Shown: in pieces, positions 30,211 to 39,742 of the stretch
Position numbering within the stretch: the first letter of the stretch is position 1
Layout: every line of letters starts with the position of its first letter
NCBI GenBank assembly: GCA_937927665.1
Contig: CALBRY010000216.1
Coordinates: 1 to 42,601 of the forward strand
Reading direction: 5' to 3'
Length of the DNA stretch: 42,601 nucleotides
Source of the DNA: an uncultured Chloroflexota bacterium
Lineage (GTDB): Bacteria > Chloroflexota > Anaerolineae > Aggregatilineales > Phototrophicaceae
Position numbers and translations under genes: made by a program
Notes under the pieces: model-generated
What the model was told of the DNA's origin: nothing
The model's database searches: none
Seen by the model: only the letters and a program-made list of their open reading frames with translations

Positions 30211-31542
30211 CTAGGTTTGAGCGCGGCGGCGTTCCTCTTCGTACTGCTGCGGTGTATCAACATCCCGGAGAATGCCATCGTCCGTTACATTCACGTAGAC
30301 GATATCGCTGCTATGTCGGTTGATCACGTCTCGCGGCGCGCCGCCGTCCGGGAGCGCGTAAAGTTCCTCCCATAAACCCCGATCCAACAGAATCGGATGT
30401 CCCCGGCGCATGTCGTAACTCGGCGCGACAATTTGCACTGGGTGGCTCCAATAAGTACGCATCACCCGCTTGACCACTTCAGCGCGAATGCTCGGTTGAT
30501 CGCCGAGAACGATCATCGCCGAAGCAATGTGGTCCGGCAGTGCTTTTAAGCCCGCATTAACCGATGACAGCATTTCGCCCGCCGCATAATTGGCGTTAAA
30601 TACTGCCCTTGCTCCATGACGTTCCGCAATCGCGGCGACTTCTTCCGCATGATTCCCGGTAACGACGCACACCTCATCAACGCGCGCGTTTTGAAGCTGG
30701 CAAAGAATGTGATCGAGTATCGTCTCGCCGTTTGTCCATTCGAGCAGCACTTTGGGCGTTCCCATACGCGTTGACAGCCCTGCCGCCAGCACAATCGCCC
30801 CGATGCGTTTGACGACTTCAAATACAGGATCAGGATCACGCGCATCACCGATCACCACGCGATCGACACGCGGATTCTGAAGAATTTGCTGCGCGATAAA
30901 GCGAGCACGGGCGCGTGCATGCCCTTCACGCGGGACGCCATTGATGAACGGCATCACCCGCGCACCCGATGGCGCGCCTTTGAGTCCGCCGCGCGAATCG
31001 CGCATGACGGCGGCGATCATCCGTGACCGGATACGCTCACCGGGGAGATAGTCAAATGTTTCAATGATTCCGCCAGCGTTATATACCGAAACACTATCGA
31101 GGTGTTTACCAAGCACCCGAAACGAGACGATCGGAATTACAACGGTGGCATGTGCCGGAATGACGGGTTCATGTTCACGCGGCATTTTGAATAACAAACG
31201 GCGCGCCCCATCGCCTTCGACAAGTAAAACATCCGCTTGATCCGATAGTGCTTTTGTATCAGCGAGCGAGACACCATTCGCCTTGTCACGATCGATCGCT
31301 TTGTAAACAAAAATGGGCAGTGAGGCGTTCTCAAGCGATATTGCGCCATCAGGAGCGGCAGCCGTCGATGAGAATAATGGGAGTTCGTCTTTTGCGATGC
31401 GCGTTGTCGTGGTGGCAATCACGCGCAGATCAACGGAGGCGAGTTCATGCGCCAGCGCCGCCATTGTGCTGGTTTTGCCCCCCGCACCCACAAGCGCCGT
31501 CGTATCGCCCCGTTTTATGTCAAAAGCTTCTCTGAGTTTCAC
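30211..31542 (-). CDS. yqeC: YqeC-type selenium-cofactor protein fused to MocA-like Moco cytidylyltransferase
   Basis: N-terminal VGAGGKTS, TTTT, VEGDGAR, HEPVIP; C-terminal VLAAGLSTRMGTPK, LGDQP, GHPIL, DVDTP. Confidence 0.9.
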   Translation of the reverse strand: MKLREAFDIKRGDTTALVGAGGKTSTMAALAHELASVDLRVIATTTTRIAKDELPLFSSTAAAPDGAISLENASLPIFVYKAIDRDKANGVSLADTKALSDQADVLLVEGDGARRLLFKMPREHEPVIPAHATVVIPIVSFRVLGKHLDSVSVYNAGGIIETFDYLPGERIRSRMIAAVMRDSRGGLKGAPSGARVMPFINGVPREGHARARARFIAQQILQNPRVDRVVIGDARDPDPVFEVVKRIGAIVLAAGLSTRMGTPKVLLEWTNGETILDHILCQLQNARVDEVCVVTGNHAEEVAAIAERHGARAVFNANYAAGEMLSSVNAGLKALPDHIASAMIVLGDQPSIRAEVVKRVMRTYWSHPVQIVAPSYDMRRGHPILLDRGLWEELYALPDGGAPRDVINRHSSDIVYVNVTDDGILRDVDTPQQYEEERRRAQT

Positions 31543-32360
31543 CGCTCACTCCATCCCAGCCGCGCGCGAATTTCGCCGCGCGTCATGACTGCTTCAAGCA
31601 CACCGCCGCCCACCGCAAGCGACTTATCCGAGATGGTGAAGCAGTTTTCAGGTTCAATACGGGGATCAAGATCACCGATCTTCATGCCCGTGAATACATC
31701 AACATTCCGGTGAATCAAGCCGCGCAAGACCCCCGCAAACGGTGCGATCACGGGTTCACCGCTGACATGAGCGATCGTTTGTCCGACGCGGATCATCTCA
31801 CCGATGGCGGTTTCCGGCTCAACATGCCCGTTTGATGGGGCGCGCAGCACCCGTGTATGGGTGTGACTACCAATGCTGCCGGGTTCAGCGGTATTCGGCT
31901 CTGCGCCGCCTGTCCAATAGACCCGCCCCAAACGATGCCCGCGATTTGTTTCGATGATCGCATGTGCGTGAACACCCGCCAAATAACCGGGTCCGAGCGC
32001 GATCACCAGCGGCGCATCATCGATCGAGCAGTCGAGCGGCTGTTTTTCCATGCGCGCGTCAACAACGATCAGCGGATCGAGCGCCTTGAGAAGATTTCCG
32101 TCAGGATCAACCAAAACGGGTATTTCTCCCTGTTCGATGATCTCCTGAGCCGCGTCAAGGTCGTCAACACAATGTGCGGTTAAGCCTTCAACGGTGCGCG
32201 TGCCTTCGTAGACTGCATCACCAAAACAAACGGTACGCCGCACAAGCAGCGGCGCACCGAGTTCAAATACAATTACGTGCAGCCCTGACCTGACCAAGCG
32301 CGCAATCGCGCCGCTGGCGAGATCGCCGCCGCCGCGCACCAGTACGCCGTTAAAACCCAT
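31539..32360 (-). CDS. yqeB: Selenium-dependent molybdenum hydroxylase system protein YqeB
   Basis: VRGGGDLASG, VRRTVCF, ETNRGHRLGR, KIGDLDPR, ISDKSLAVGGGVLEA. Confidence 0.92.
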   Translation of the reverse strand: MGFNGVLVRGGGDLASGAIARLVRSGLHVIVFELGAPLLVRRTVCFGDAVYEGTRTVEGLTAHCVDDLDAAQEIIEQGEIPVLVDPDGNLLKALDPLIVVDARMEKQPLDCSIDDAPLVIALGPGYLAGVHAHAIIETNRGHRLGRVYWTGGAEPNTAEPGSIGSHTHTRVLRAPSNGHVEPETAIGEMIRVGQTIAHVSGEPVIAPFAGVLRGLIHRNVDVFTGMKIGDLDPRIEPENCFTISDKSLAVGGGVLEAVMTRGEIRARLGWSER

Positions 32361-34581
32361 CGATCCCACGCGCTCGCAGCGCCGCTACTACCCGATCAGG
32401 AATAAAGGGCAGATCGTCCAACCAGATGCCAACCGCATCATGTACTGCTGCCGCGATCACCGGAGCAATCGGAACAAAGGGCATTTCTCCCATGCCGCGT
32501 GCGCCGAAAGGTCCAATCGGGTCGGCATATTCCAGAATGACCGATTTGACTTCCAGCGGCACATCAAGAATGGTCGGGATGAGGTAGGTCGAAAGATACG
32601 GGTTGAGCAACCGCCCCTCACGCGAAATCAGATTCTCCATCACCGCGTAGCCAATCGCCTGTATGACTGCGCCTTCGATTTGCCCCTGCACCTGCTGAGG
32701 ATTCAAGGCGCGTCCGACATCGTTTGCTGAGACGATGCGGCGCACATAAATGAGTCCTGTCTCAATATCGACATCGACTTCGGCGGCTTGCGCGACATAC
32801 CCGTACGCGAAATTCGGCTCGGATTTGCCCGTCATCGGATCATAGGGTGTGGTTTTCGGCGGGCGATACTGATAGGTTGCGATCGCGGGACGTTCTTCAG
32901 CTTTCCACTGCTGGAGCGCCATTTCCGCCGCGCCCTTGATGGCGTTGCCTGCCATAAAGGTCATGCGCGACGCGGACGAACTCCCCGCCGTGAGCGTGTG
33001 CGCGGTATCATGCCCAACAAAGTGAACTTTTTCGAGCGGCAGATCCAGCGCGGCGGCGGCGATCTGCACCATCACCGTATGCGTTCCCTGCCCAACTTCA
33101 GCGCCGCCGTGATGCACAACTGCGCGCTCGATTTCAGCGCGTCCGTGAAGTTCAACGGTTGCCCAGCTTTGCTCCGGGAAACCGAAACTGTAGCCGATAT
33201 TCTTGAAACCGCACGCGAAACCAATCCCGCGCCGCAGGGCTGAATCTTCTGGCTGCTCAATCCGATTTTTCGCCCATGCGCCGCCGGACTGCGTCCAGTA
33301 ACTTTCGCGCGCCGCCGATTCAATCACCTGCGGCATGGTCACGCCTTTGGGGAGCGGCGTCCCAACCGATAGGATGCTGCCTTCGCGTACTGAGTTCTTC
33401 AAGCGGATCGTGATCGGGTCGATTCCGAGCGTTTCCGCGAGTCGATTCATCATGCCTTCGGCGGCGAATGCTGCTTGAGGAGCGCCAAACCCGCGAAATG
33501 CGCCGGTCGGGATGTTGTTGGTCAATACGCCGTAGCTGTCAATATGAACGCTGGGGATTTCATACGGACCGGTCACCATCAAGTTGGCATTCGCCAAGAC
33601 TTTTGTCGTTGTGTAATTGTACGGTCCCGCGTCGGCGATCACTTCCGCTTCGATGGCTGTCACCGTGCCGTCACGTTTCGCGCCCCATTTTGTCTTGATG
33701 CGGAACGGGTGGCGTTTGTGGTGATACAGAATCGACTCGTGACGACTCCATAGAATTTTGACAGGGCGCTGAAGTTTCCATACGGCAAGCGCCAACACGA
33801 TCTGAACAGACATATCCTCGCGTCCGCCAAACGCGCCGCCGATTGCCGGATAGATCACACGGACTTGTTCTTCGGGGATGTTCAGCGCGTGCGCGATCAA
33901 ATACTGATCTTCGTGCGTCCACTGCCCCGCGACGACGATCGTGATGCGCCCTTCTTCATCGATATATCCCAGTCCGGCTTCTGGCTGTAAATAGGCGTGT
34001 TCCTGATACCCGGTTGTGAACTCACCTTCGAGGATCACCTCTGCCGCTGCCCATCCCGCTTCCATATCGCCGTGACGGGTGCGGTAGCGCACCAGAATAT
34101 TATTCGCCAACCCATCTCGAATTTGCGGCGCGCCATCCGCCATTGCTTCGACGGGATCGAACACGGGTGGAAGGTCTTCGTATTCGATGCGGATGCATTT
34201 CGCCGCTTCTGCCGCGATCTGCTCGGTTTCAGCGACCACGAGCGCGACGTTATCCATATAACAGCGAACTTTTTCAGCGCCGGGGATCGTGCTCCCCGGT
34301 CCACACAGCACCGGTTGATCTTTCATCACCAACCCGTACTCGTTGACCGGAATATCGCGCGAGGTGTAAACCGCGACCACGCCGGGCATCTGAAGCGCTT
34401 CGCTGGTATCGACGCTCACAACGCGCGCATGTGCGCGATCGCTGAAGCGAATTTTCATGTAAAGCTGGTTTTCCATATCGAAGTCGCCGGGATACGACGC
34501 TTCGCCAGTGACCTTGCCGCGCGCATCAATGCGCGTGATGCTTTGCCCCAATACCTGCCGGGCGTTCTCTTGATCGACCAC
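32350..34581 (-). CDS. Xanthine dehydrogenase-family molybdopterin-binding subunit
   Basis: KVTGEA.Y, QEHAY, GGAFGGR, AFRGFG, EVGQG, QIEG, GARGMGE (catalytic Glu). Confidence 0.93.
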   Translation of the reverse strand: MVDQENARQVLGQSITRIDARGKVTGEASYPGDFDMENQLYMKIRFSDRAHARVVSVDTSEALQMPGVVAVYTSRDIPVNEYGLVMKDQPVLCGPGSTIPGAEKVRCYMDNVALVVAETEQIAAEAAKCIRIEYEDLPPVFDPVEAMADGAPQIRDGLANNILVRYRTRHGDMEAGWAAAEVILEGEFTTGYQEHAYLQPEAGLGYIDEEGRITIVVAGQWTHEDQYLIAHALNIPEEQVRVIYPAIGGAFGGREDMSVQIVLALAVWKLQRPVKILWSRHESILYHHKRHPFRIKTKWGAKRDGTVTAIEAEVIADAGPYNYTTTKVLANANLMVTGPYEIPSVHIDSYGVLTNNIPTGAFRGFGAPQAAFAAEGMMNRLAETLGIDPITIRLKNSVREGSILSVGTPLPKGVTMPQVIESAARESYWTQSGGAWAKNRIEQPEDSALRRGIGFACGFKNIGYSFGFPEQSWATVELHGRAEIERAVVHHGGAEVGQGTHTVMVQIAAAALDLPLEKVHFVGHDTAHTLTAGSSSASRMTFMAGNAIKGAAEMALQQWKAEERPAIATYQYRPPKTTPYDPMTGKSEPNFAYGYVAQAAEVDVDIETGLIYVRRIVSANDVGRALNPQQVQGQIEGAVIQAIGYAVMENLISREGRLLNPYLSTYLIPTILDVPLEVKSVILEYADPIGPFGARGMGEMPFVPIAPVIAAAVHDAVGIWLDDLPFIPDRVVAALRARGIDGF

Positions 34582-34605
34582 GATGGTTAAACCCGATATT
34601 CTAAA

Positions 34606-36390
34606 CTAGCGCAGCCCATTCATCGCCGCAATTTCCTGCGGAACGGTTTTTGCATTCACCCGCACCCGCACCGCTTCGCGGCTCATCAACCGCTGAAGGA
34701 TGGCGACGGCTGTCGCATAGGTCGGGTCAACGCCAATATAGTTCAAACTTCCCGCGCCGAGGTTATGCCCCTTGGTGCGCGGCGTATCGCTCGCGTAATG
34801 CAGCACGCCAATATCGAACGGTGCATGATGCAGCGTCACGATCTCGTTTAGCGGGTGACGACGCGGGCGAATGACTTCGTAAATCGCGCTCAGATACGGT
34901 CCGGCTTCCATTTCGAGCACGGTGTACCCTTCGCGGTAAAACACATCCATATAGCGCGAGTTTTGCAGGAATGTCCCTAACGCGCTGATCGCCTTTTGAT
35001 TATCCAACACCTGCCCCATCGAAAGGAACGGCGCGACATCCTGCGCCGTAAAACAGTTGTTGAAAAGATAGCTGTTGCGCGAATGCTCATCATGCACCAC
35101 ATTCGAGATCATCACGTCGCCGATGCGCGCATTGAGTGTCGCCGCTTTGCCCATCACATACACGCCGAGCAAGCGTTCCACGCGTTCGCTTAAACGCGCC
35201 AATATTTCGTACGCACCCAATCCGAGCGGATAATCGATGTTGATGATGATCGCGTCGGTTTGCTGAAGCCATGCGAAATCGGGTTCTGTGTGCAAGCGCG
35301 GATCGAGCCATTCCGGGCGGAGTTTATTCAACTCGATCACCTGTGTTTCAAGTTCAAACCCGTGGCGACTGGGGATGCGATGAATGCCGAGTGTCGTTTC
35401 GTCACGCCGCATTTCCCCGCGTACTTCCCCACGATCCGCTGTATCGAGATACTTGCGGAGGACATAATACAGGAAGTTGCTTCGGCTGCTAACGCTTCCC
35501 TCTTTTTGAAGCATGTGATATTCCGCCAGCAGTTCCGCGTGTTCGCCGCCTTCTTCCATGTATTCGATCAGCGTCTTTTCTTCACGCAGCGCAAACCCGG
35601 TGAGCAAATTCACCATCGAATGCGTGTTGCTGCTCACGAAGTAGACCGGGCGATCTTCCAGATCAACAAGCGAGTGAAGCTGTTCTTTGATTTCGTCCCA
35701 CCACTGCGCGGTTGCACGGCGGTAATCGGCTTGTGAGCCGCCGATCAGACGCACACCAAACGATTTACGCGAGCGAGCAACCTTAATCAGATTTGCGACA
35801 AAATGCAGTCCCCACGCCGACTCAAGCCGCCGAACATCATTCGGCGTCATATGGGTTGTCATGGCGAGCAGTTCGATTTCGCTTTCCGTCAGCTTTTGCA
35901 CACGCTTTTCGTTGTGCGTCAGGAACAACCGCGCCGCCTCCGCTTGGAGCAGATTGTGCAGCTTGTTCCATTCGATCTGGTAGGCGGTGAGCATCGGCAG
36001 TAAGTCGTCAATATCGGATCGACTTACTACAAACACCGCCAGCGTGGATTTCCCGTCAAAATGGGTGCGGCGGCGGCGACCCGGCGCATACACCCGTTCC
36101 CACTCATCCACCGGATGTCCGGCATCTGCGAAGGACTTTTCCACCTGCCCGATCAGGATCAAATCCACATCGGCTAGGCACGCGGGCAACCGTTGACTGC
36201 TGTAAGAAAGCGCGGCAGTATCGGGCACCGTTTCATCCCGCGCATGCACATGCAGTGACGAATCCAGTGTTAGATAACTCTCCACGAGGGTTTCGATCTG
36301 AATCGTGTGCGTGGAGCGCAGCAGCGAGTAATACGTACGCATGTACAGTTCAAGTTCTTCACTTCCCGTCGTCGGAACGGTGCGATCCAT
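34606..36390 (-). CDS. Uncharacterised 594-aa protein (recalled as DUF6909-like) with a nucleoside-phosphorylase-like C-terminus
   Basis: Long in-operon ORF with GGAGG RBS; motifs YVMGKAATL..IGDVMI, LEMEAG, YASDTP. Confidence 0.75.
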   Translation of the reverse strand: MDRTVPTTGSEELELYMRTYYSLLRSTHTIQIETLVESYLTLDSSLHVHARDETVPDTAALSYSSQRLPACLADVDLILIGQVEKSFADAGHPVDEWERVYAPGRRRRTHFDGKSTLAVFVVSRSDIDDLLPMLTAYQIEWNKLHNLLQAEAARLFLTHNEKRVQKLTESEIELLAMTTHMTPNDVRRLESAWGLHFVANLIKVARSRKSFGVRLIGGSQADYRRATAQWWDEIKEQLHSLVDLEDRPVYFVSSNTHSMVNLLTGFALREEKTLIEYMEEGGEHAELLAEYHMLQKEGSVSSRSNFLYYVLRKYLDTADRGEVRGEMRRDETTLGIHRIPSRHGFELETQVIELNKLRPEWLDPRLHTEPDFAWLQQTDAIIINIDYPLGLGAYEILARLSERVERLLGVYVMGKAATLNARIGDVMISNVVHDEHSRNSYLFNNCFTAQDVAPFLSMGQVLDNQKAISALGTFLQNSRYMDVFYREGYTVLEMEAGPYLSAIYEVIRPRRHPLNEIVTLHHAPFDIGVLHYASDTPRTKGHNLGAGSLNYIGVDPTYATAVAILQRLMSREAVRVRVNAKTVPQEIAAMNGLR

Positions 36391-36417
36391 CGCTGCCTCC
36401 CTCTTTCGCTGAAAACC

Positions 36418-36837
36418 TTACGACCGTCGATCGTCAAATCGTTCGCGGTTCGTATCGGTGCGTGCCTGAACTTCTTCACGCATCTGGCGGTTCAATTTCC
36501 GCTGCCGTTTCTTTTCGTATTCCTTGGACTGCATCATCTGAAGGCGTTCTTTGGTCAAATCCGTCTCTTTGACATTCATCGCCTTTTTTGGCGTTGCCGC
36601 GCCGATGATCAACCCGATAATCGTGATCAACACAAGGAAAATCATCACCGCGAAAAACAACCGCAGCGTTGTTTCGTCCATGCCGCGCCCAAACGAGCGG
36701 TTTTGCGATTGCGCCCATTCAACGACACTTGGCGCTGCAAACCAACCGAGAATCAAGCACGCTGCGCCAAGTACTAACCCGATGACGGGGCGCAGCCCTA
36801 CGCGCTTTTTCTTTTCCTTGATGATAATCTGAGACAT
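36418..36837 (-). CDS. Hypothetical membrane protein (2 TM, basic coiled-coil tail)
   Basis: Two hydrophobic segments; 1-nt gap from the upstream gene; GAGGAG RBS. Confidence 0.8.
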   Translation of the reverse strand: MSQIIIKEKKKRVGLRPVIGLVLGAACLILGWFAAPSVVEWAQSQNRSFGRGMDETTLRLFFAVMIFLVLITIIGLIIGAATPKKAMNVKETDLTKERLQMMQSKEYEKKRQRKLNRQMREEVQARTDTNRERFDDRRS

Positions 36838-36838
36838 G

Positions 36839-38269
36839 TTATTTCTCCTCTACGCGGCTTGCATCCAACACTGCTTGTATGATTTTATAATATCCGGTAC
36901 AACGGCACAGATTCCCACTCAGGCTCTGTTCCACCTGTGCCTGAGTCGGATCGGGTGTTTCTTCGAGCAGTTTTGCCCCCGCCATCAAGAATCCCGGTGT
37001 GCAGTAGCCGCACTGCACAGCACCTTGATCGACGAATGACTGCTGAATTGGATGCAGTTCACCATCCTCCGCCAACCCTTCGACCGTGATGATTTCCGCC
37101 TGATGCGCACGCGGCGCGGGCACAAGGCACGCCATCACCGCCGCGCCATCGAGAAAAACAGTACATGCGCCGCACTCGCCTTCGGCACAGCCTTCTTTTG
37201 TCCCCGGCAGCCCAACATCTTCACGCAAGAAGCGGAGCAGCGTCTTGTTAGATGCGCCGCTGACAACAAATGTTTCGCCGTTGATCGTCGTCGTAATCGG
37301 CTGGTCAGATTCGCCGTCTGAACTGTGCGCAATGCTGGCATCCAGCGCGTGCGCGGCATGCCCATGATGCGCGCCCCACAACATCGGCGGGTGATCCGGG
37401 AAGCGCTGGCGTGCTGTTCCGGCGGCAAGCGCCTTGAGCGCACGCCCAACTAATACACGCACCATCTCGCGGCGGTAATCCGCTGTGCCACGCACATCGG
37501 TGATCGGGTCAACGGCAGCCGCCGCCAAACGCGCCGCTTCACGGATTGCATCGAGTGTGAGCGGACGCCCCACCAGTGAATGTTCTGCAACGAGCGCATG
37601 AACGATCGTCGGTGCGACACTGCCGAGCGTAATCGCCGCCTTCGTAACCGTCTCGCCGTCCATTTCGAGGATCACCGCCGCATTGACGACTGAGATCGCT
37701 TGTGCGCGGCGCAGCCCCAATTTGAAAAACACGCCGCGCTCGTTTTGCGCCAGCGCCGGGAAAGTGATCGCCGTGAGCAGTTCATCCGGGCGCATGATCG
37801 TTCGCCGCACACCCGTATAGAAATCGCGCAGCGGAACTGTCCGTTCGCCTTCCAGTGACGCCAGTTTGACCTGTGCGCCGAGCGCCATCAGCGGTGAAAT
37901 CGTGTCGTTCGCCGGTGAACCTGTGATCACGTTACCGGCGACGGTCGCCCGGTTGCGAATCTGCGGTGCGCCAACTTCCCAACAAGCTTGTGCCAACGGG
38001 AGTGCGCGTTCGATCATGAGCGGATGATCGACAACCTGATTGTGGGTGACGAGCGCTCCCAAAGAAATCTCATCGCCGTGCAGGGTGATGCCGTCCAAAC
38101 CGGGGACGCGGGTGATATCGATCAACACCTCAACGCCGGTGCGTATCTCCCGATCAAGTTCAATGATCAAATCCGTACCGCCCGCGATGATACGTGCCCG
38201 CTCACGATACTGCGCGAGGAGTTCCAAAGCTTCGGCGGTCGTGCTAACGGTGAAATAGTGTGACCACAT
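36839..38269 (-). CDS. Fused FAD-binding and 2x[2Fe-2S] subunit of a Mo hydroxylase
   Basis: IAGGTDL, QIRNRATVAGN; C-terminal GCAEGECGAC, QCGYCTPG, NLCRCTGY. Confidence 0.92.
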   Translation of the reverse strand: MWSHYFTVSTTAEALELLAQYRERARIIAGGTDLIIELDREIRTGVEVLIDITRVPGLDGITLHGDEISLGALVTHNQVVDHPLMIERALPLAQACWEVGAPQIRNRATVAGNVITGSPANDTISPLMALGAQVKLASLEGERTVPLRDFYTGVRRTIMRPDELLTAITFPALAQNERGVFFKLGLRRAQAISVVNAAVILEMDGETVTKAAITLGSVAPTIVHALVAEHSLVGRPLTLDAIREAARLAAAAVDPITDVRGTADYRREMVRVLVGRALKALAAGTARQRFPDHPPMLWGAHHGHAAHALDASIAHSSDGESDQPITTTINGETFVVSGASNKTLLRFLREDVGLPGTKEGCAEGECGACTVFLDGAAVMACLVPAPRAHQAEIITVEGLAEDGELHPIQQSFVDQGAVQCGYCTPGFLMAGAKLLEETPDPTQAQVEQSLSGNLCRCTGYYKIIQAVLDASRVEEK

Positions 38270-38271
38270 GA

Positions 38272-38895
38272 TTATTCCGGCTCGATCTCTAGCAGTGTAA
38301 CAGGATTGATGTTGATGATCTTGGTATCGCCATGCTGCGTTTCGGTTTGGACGCGGCGGTCATAGGTATGAACATGTCCATGTACCATGTAGCGAGGTCG
38401 ATACCAGTCGAGGAACTGTAAATACGCCTTAAAGCCGCGATGCGGCAGGTCTTCTGCATCATGAATGCCGAAAGCAGGTGCGTGTGTGACAAATATATCA
38501 ATCGGGCGCTTGTTCGTCAGCTTTCGCAAGTAAATCGACAGCCCCGCTTTCACAACCATACTCCTCATTTCGGATTCCGTGTATTGAATCGGACTCTGGT
38601 TATACCGAATTGATCCCTCAATTCCGTAAAAAGTGAGTCCTTTGTAAGTGAACAACCGCTGATGCAGGTTTTCGCCGCCCGGTGGGCGTTCGGTGTACCC
38701 AACATCATGATTTCCACGCACATACAAAAGCGGCACATTCATCACGCTTGTGACAAATTCCAGATACGTCACAGGCATATCGCCACAGCTAATGATAAGC
38801 TCAACATCGTGGTAGCGCCGCCGCAAGTGTGCCGCGTTTTCCATCTGCTGCACGACGGTATCACTGATACATAGAATTTTCACAATACAACCCAT
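38272..38895 (-). CDS. Calcineurin-like metallophosphoesterase
   Basis: ISD, CGD, GNHD, THAP, HGHVH motifs; start uncertain (38883-38901). Confidence 0.88.
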   Translation of the reverse strand: MGCIVKILCISDTVVQQMENAAHLRRRYHDVELIISCGDMPVTYLEFVTSVMNVPLLYVRGNHDVGYTERPPGGENLHQRLFTYKGLTFYGIEGSIRYNQSPIQYTESEMRSMVVKAGLSIYLRKLTNKRPIDIFVTHAPAFGIHDAEDLPHRGFKAYLQFLDWYRPRYMVHGHVHTYDRRVQTETQHGDTKIININPVTLLEIEPE

Positions 38896-38911
38896 AATCA
38901 AAAACGAAAGA

Positions 38912-39733
38912 TCACACGGAGTCTTTGGACTCCATTTTCATAGATTCTCCTGTGCCGCCGCGCCGGATCATGATCAGTTCCGCTAAAATGCTCACGGCGA
39001 TCTCTTTCGGCGTTTCGGCATTGAGTTCCAACCCAATCGGCGCATGAACGCGCGCAAGCTGAGCATCAGTTAATCCGCGTTGTTCGCGGAGTTCTTTCAT
39101 CGTGAGCGCCCACCGGCGGCGGCTGCCGATCACGCCGATATACGCGGCGGGCGTAGTCAGTAAAACGGGGATCAGGTCAACATCGACGGGCAGCCCGCGT
39201 GTGACTGCCGCAATATACGTAGAGGATGTAATCGACACATGGCGCACCACATCGGCGGGTTTGCTGATCGTGTAGCCATCCAGCCCCGGCGCATATTCAG
39301 GATTGCAGAATTCGGGGCGATCATCGCTCAAAATTACGCGCCAGCCTGACCACTTGCCCAACTCTGCCAACGCCTTACCGACATGTCCGCCGCCGATCAC
39401 AAGCAGCGTTGGCGCGGGATTCAGCGGTTCAATAAAGACTTCGACCGTGCCGCCGCAAACCCCCGGATCGCCCGCCTGAATATCATTCAACGCATAGGAT
39501 ACGGTACGAGACTCTCCGCTGGCAATCACGGTGAGCGCCTCAGTGATCGCCAAATTTTCCATTTTGCCGCCGCCAATCGTGCCGACAAACGAGCCATCGG
39601 CGCGCACCAGCAGCTTGCTCCCCGTATGGCGTGGGACACTCCCCTGCACACGGATGATCGTCGCAAGCGCCGCTGTTTCCCCGTTATCGTGCGCCGCGAT
39701 CAGCGCTTCGTAAACCGCCCGTGTATCATCCAT
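38912..39733 (-). CDS. xdhC: XdhC/CoxI-family Moco-insertion accessory protein
   Basis: GSVPR, GTIGGG, CGGTVEVFIEP, GGGHVG, YIGVIGSRR, APIGL..AETPKEIAVSI. Confidence 0.92.
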   Translation of the reverse strand: MDDTRAVYEALIAAHDNGETAALATIIRVQGSVPRHTGSKLLVRADGSFVGTIGGGKMENLAITEALTVIASGESRTVSYALNDIQAGDPGVCGGTVEVFIEPLNPAPTLLVIGGGHVGKALAELGKWSGWRVILSDDRPEFCNPEYAPGLDGYTISKPADVVRHVSITSSTYIAAVTRGLPVDVDLIPVLLTTPAAYIGVIGSRRRWALTMKELREQRGLTDAQLARVHAPIGLELNAETPKEIAVSILAELIMIRRGGTGESMKMESKDSV

Positions 39734-39742
39734 GACAAACCA

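Noticed and set aside
30211-39733. Selenocysteine (UGA) recoding in the selenium-related cluster
   Set aside because: All ORFs appear full length with no internal TGA at Cys-equivalent positions; consistent with a labile Se cofactor instead
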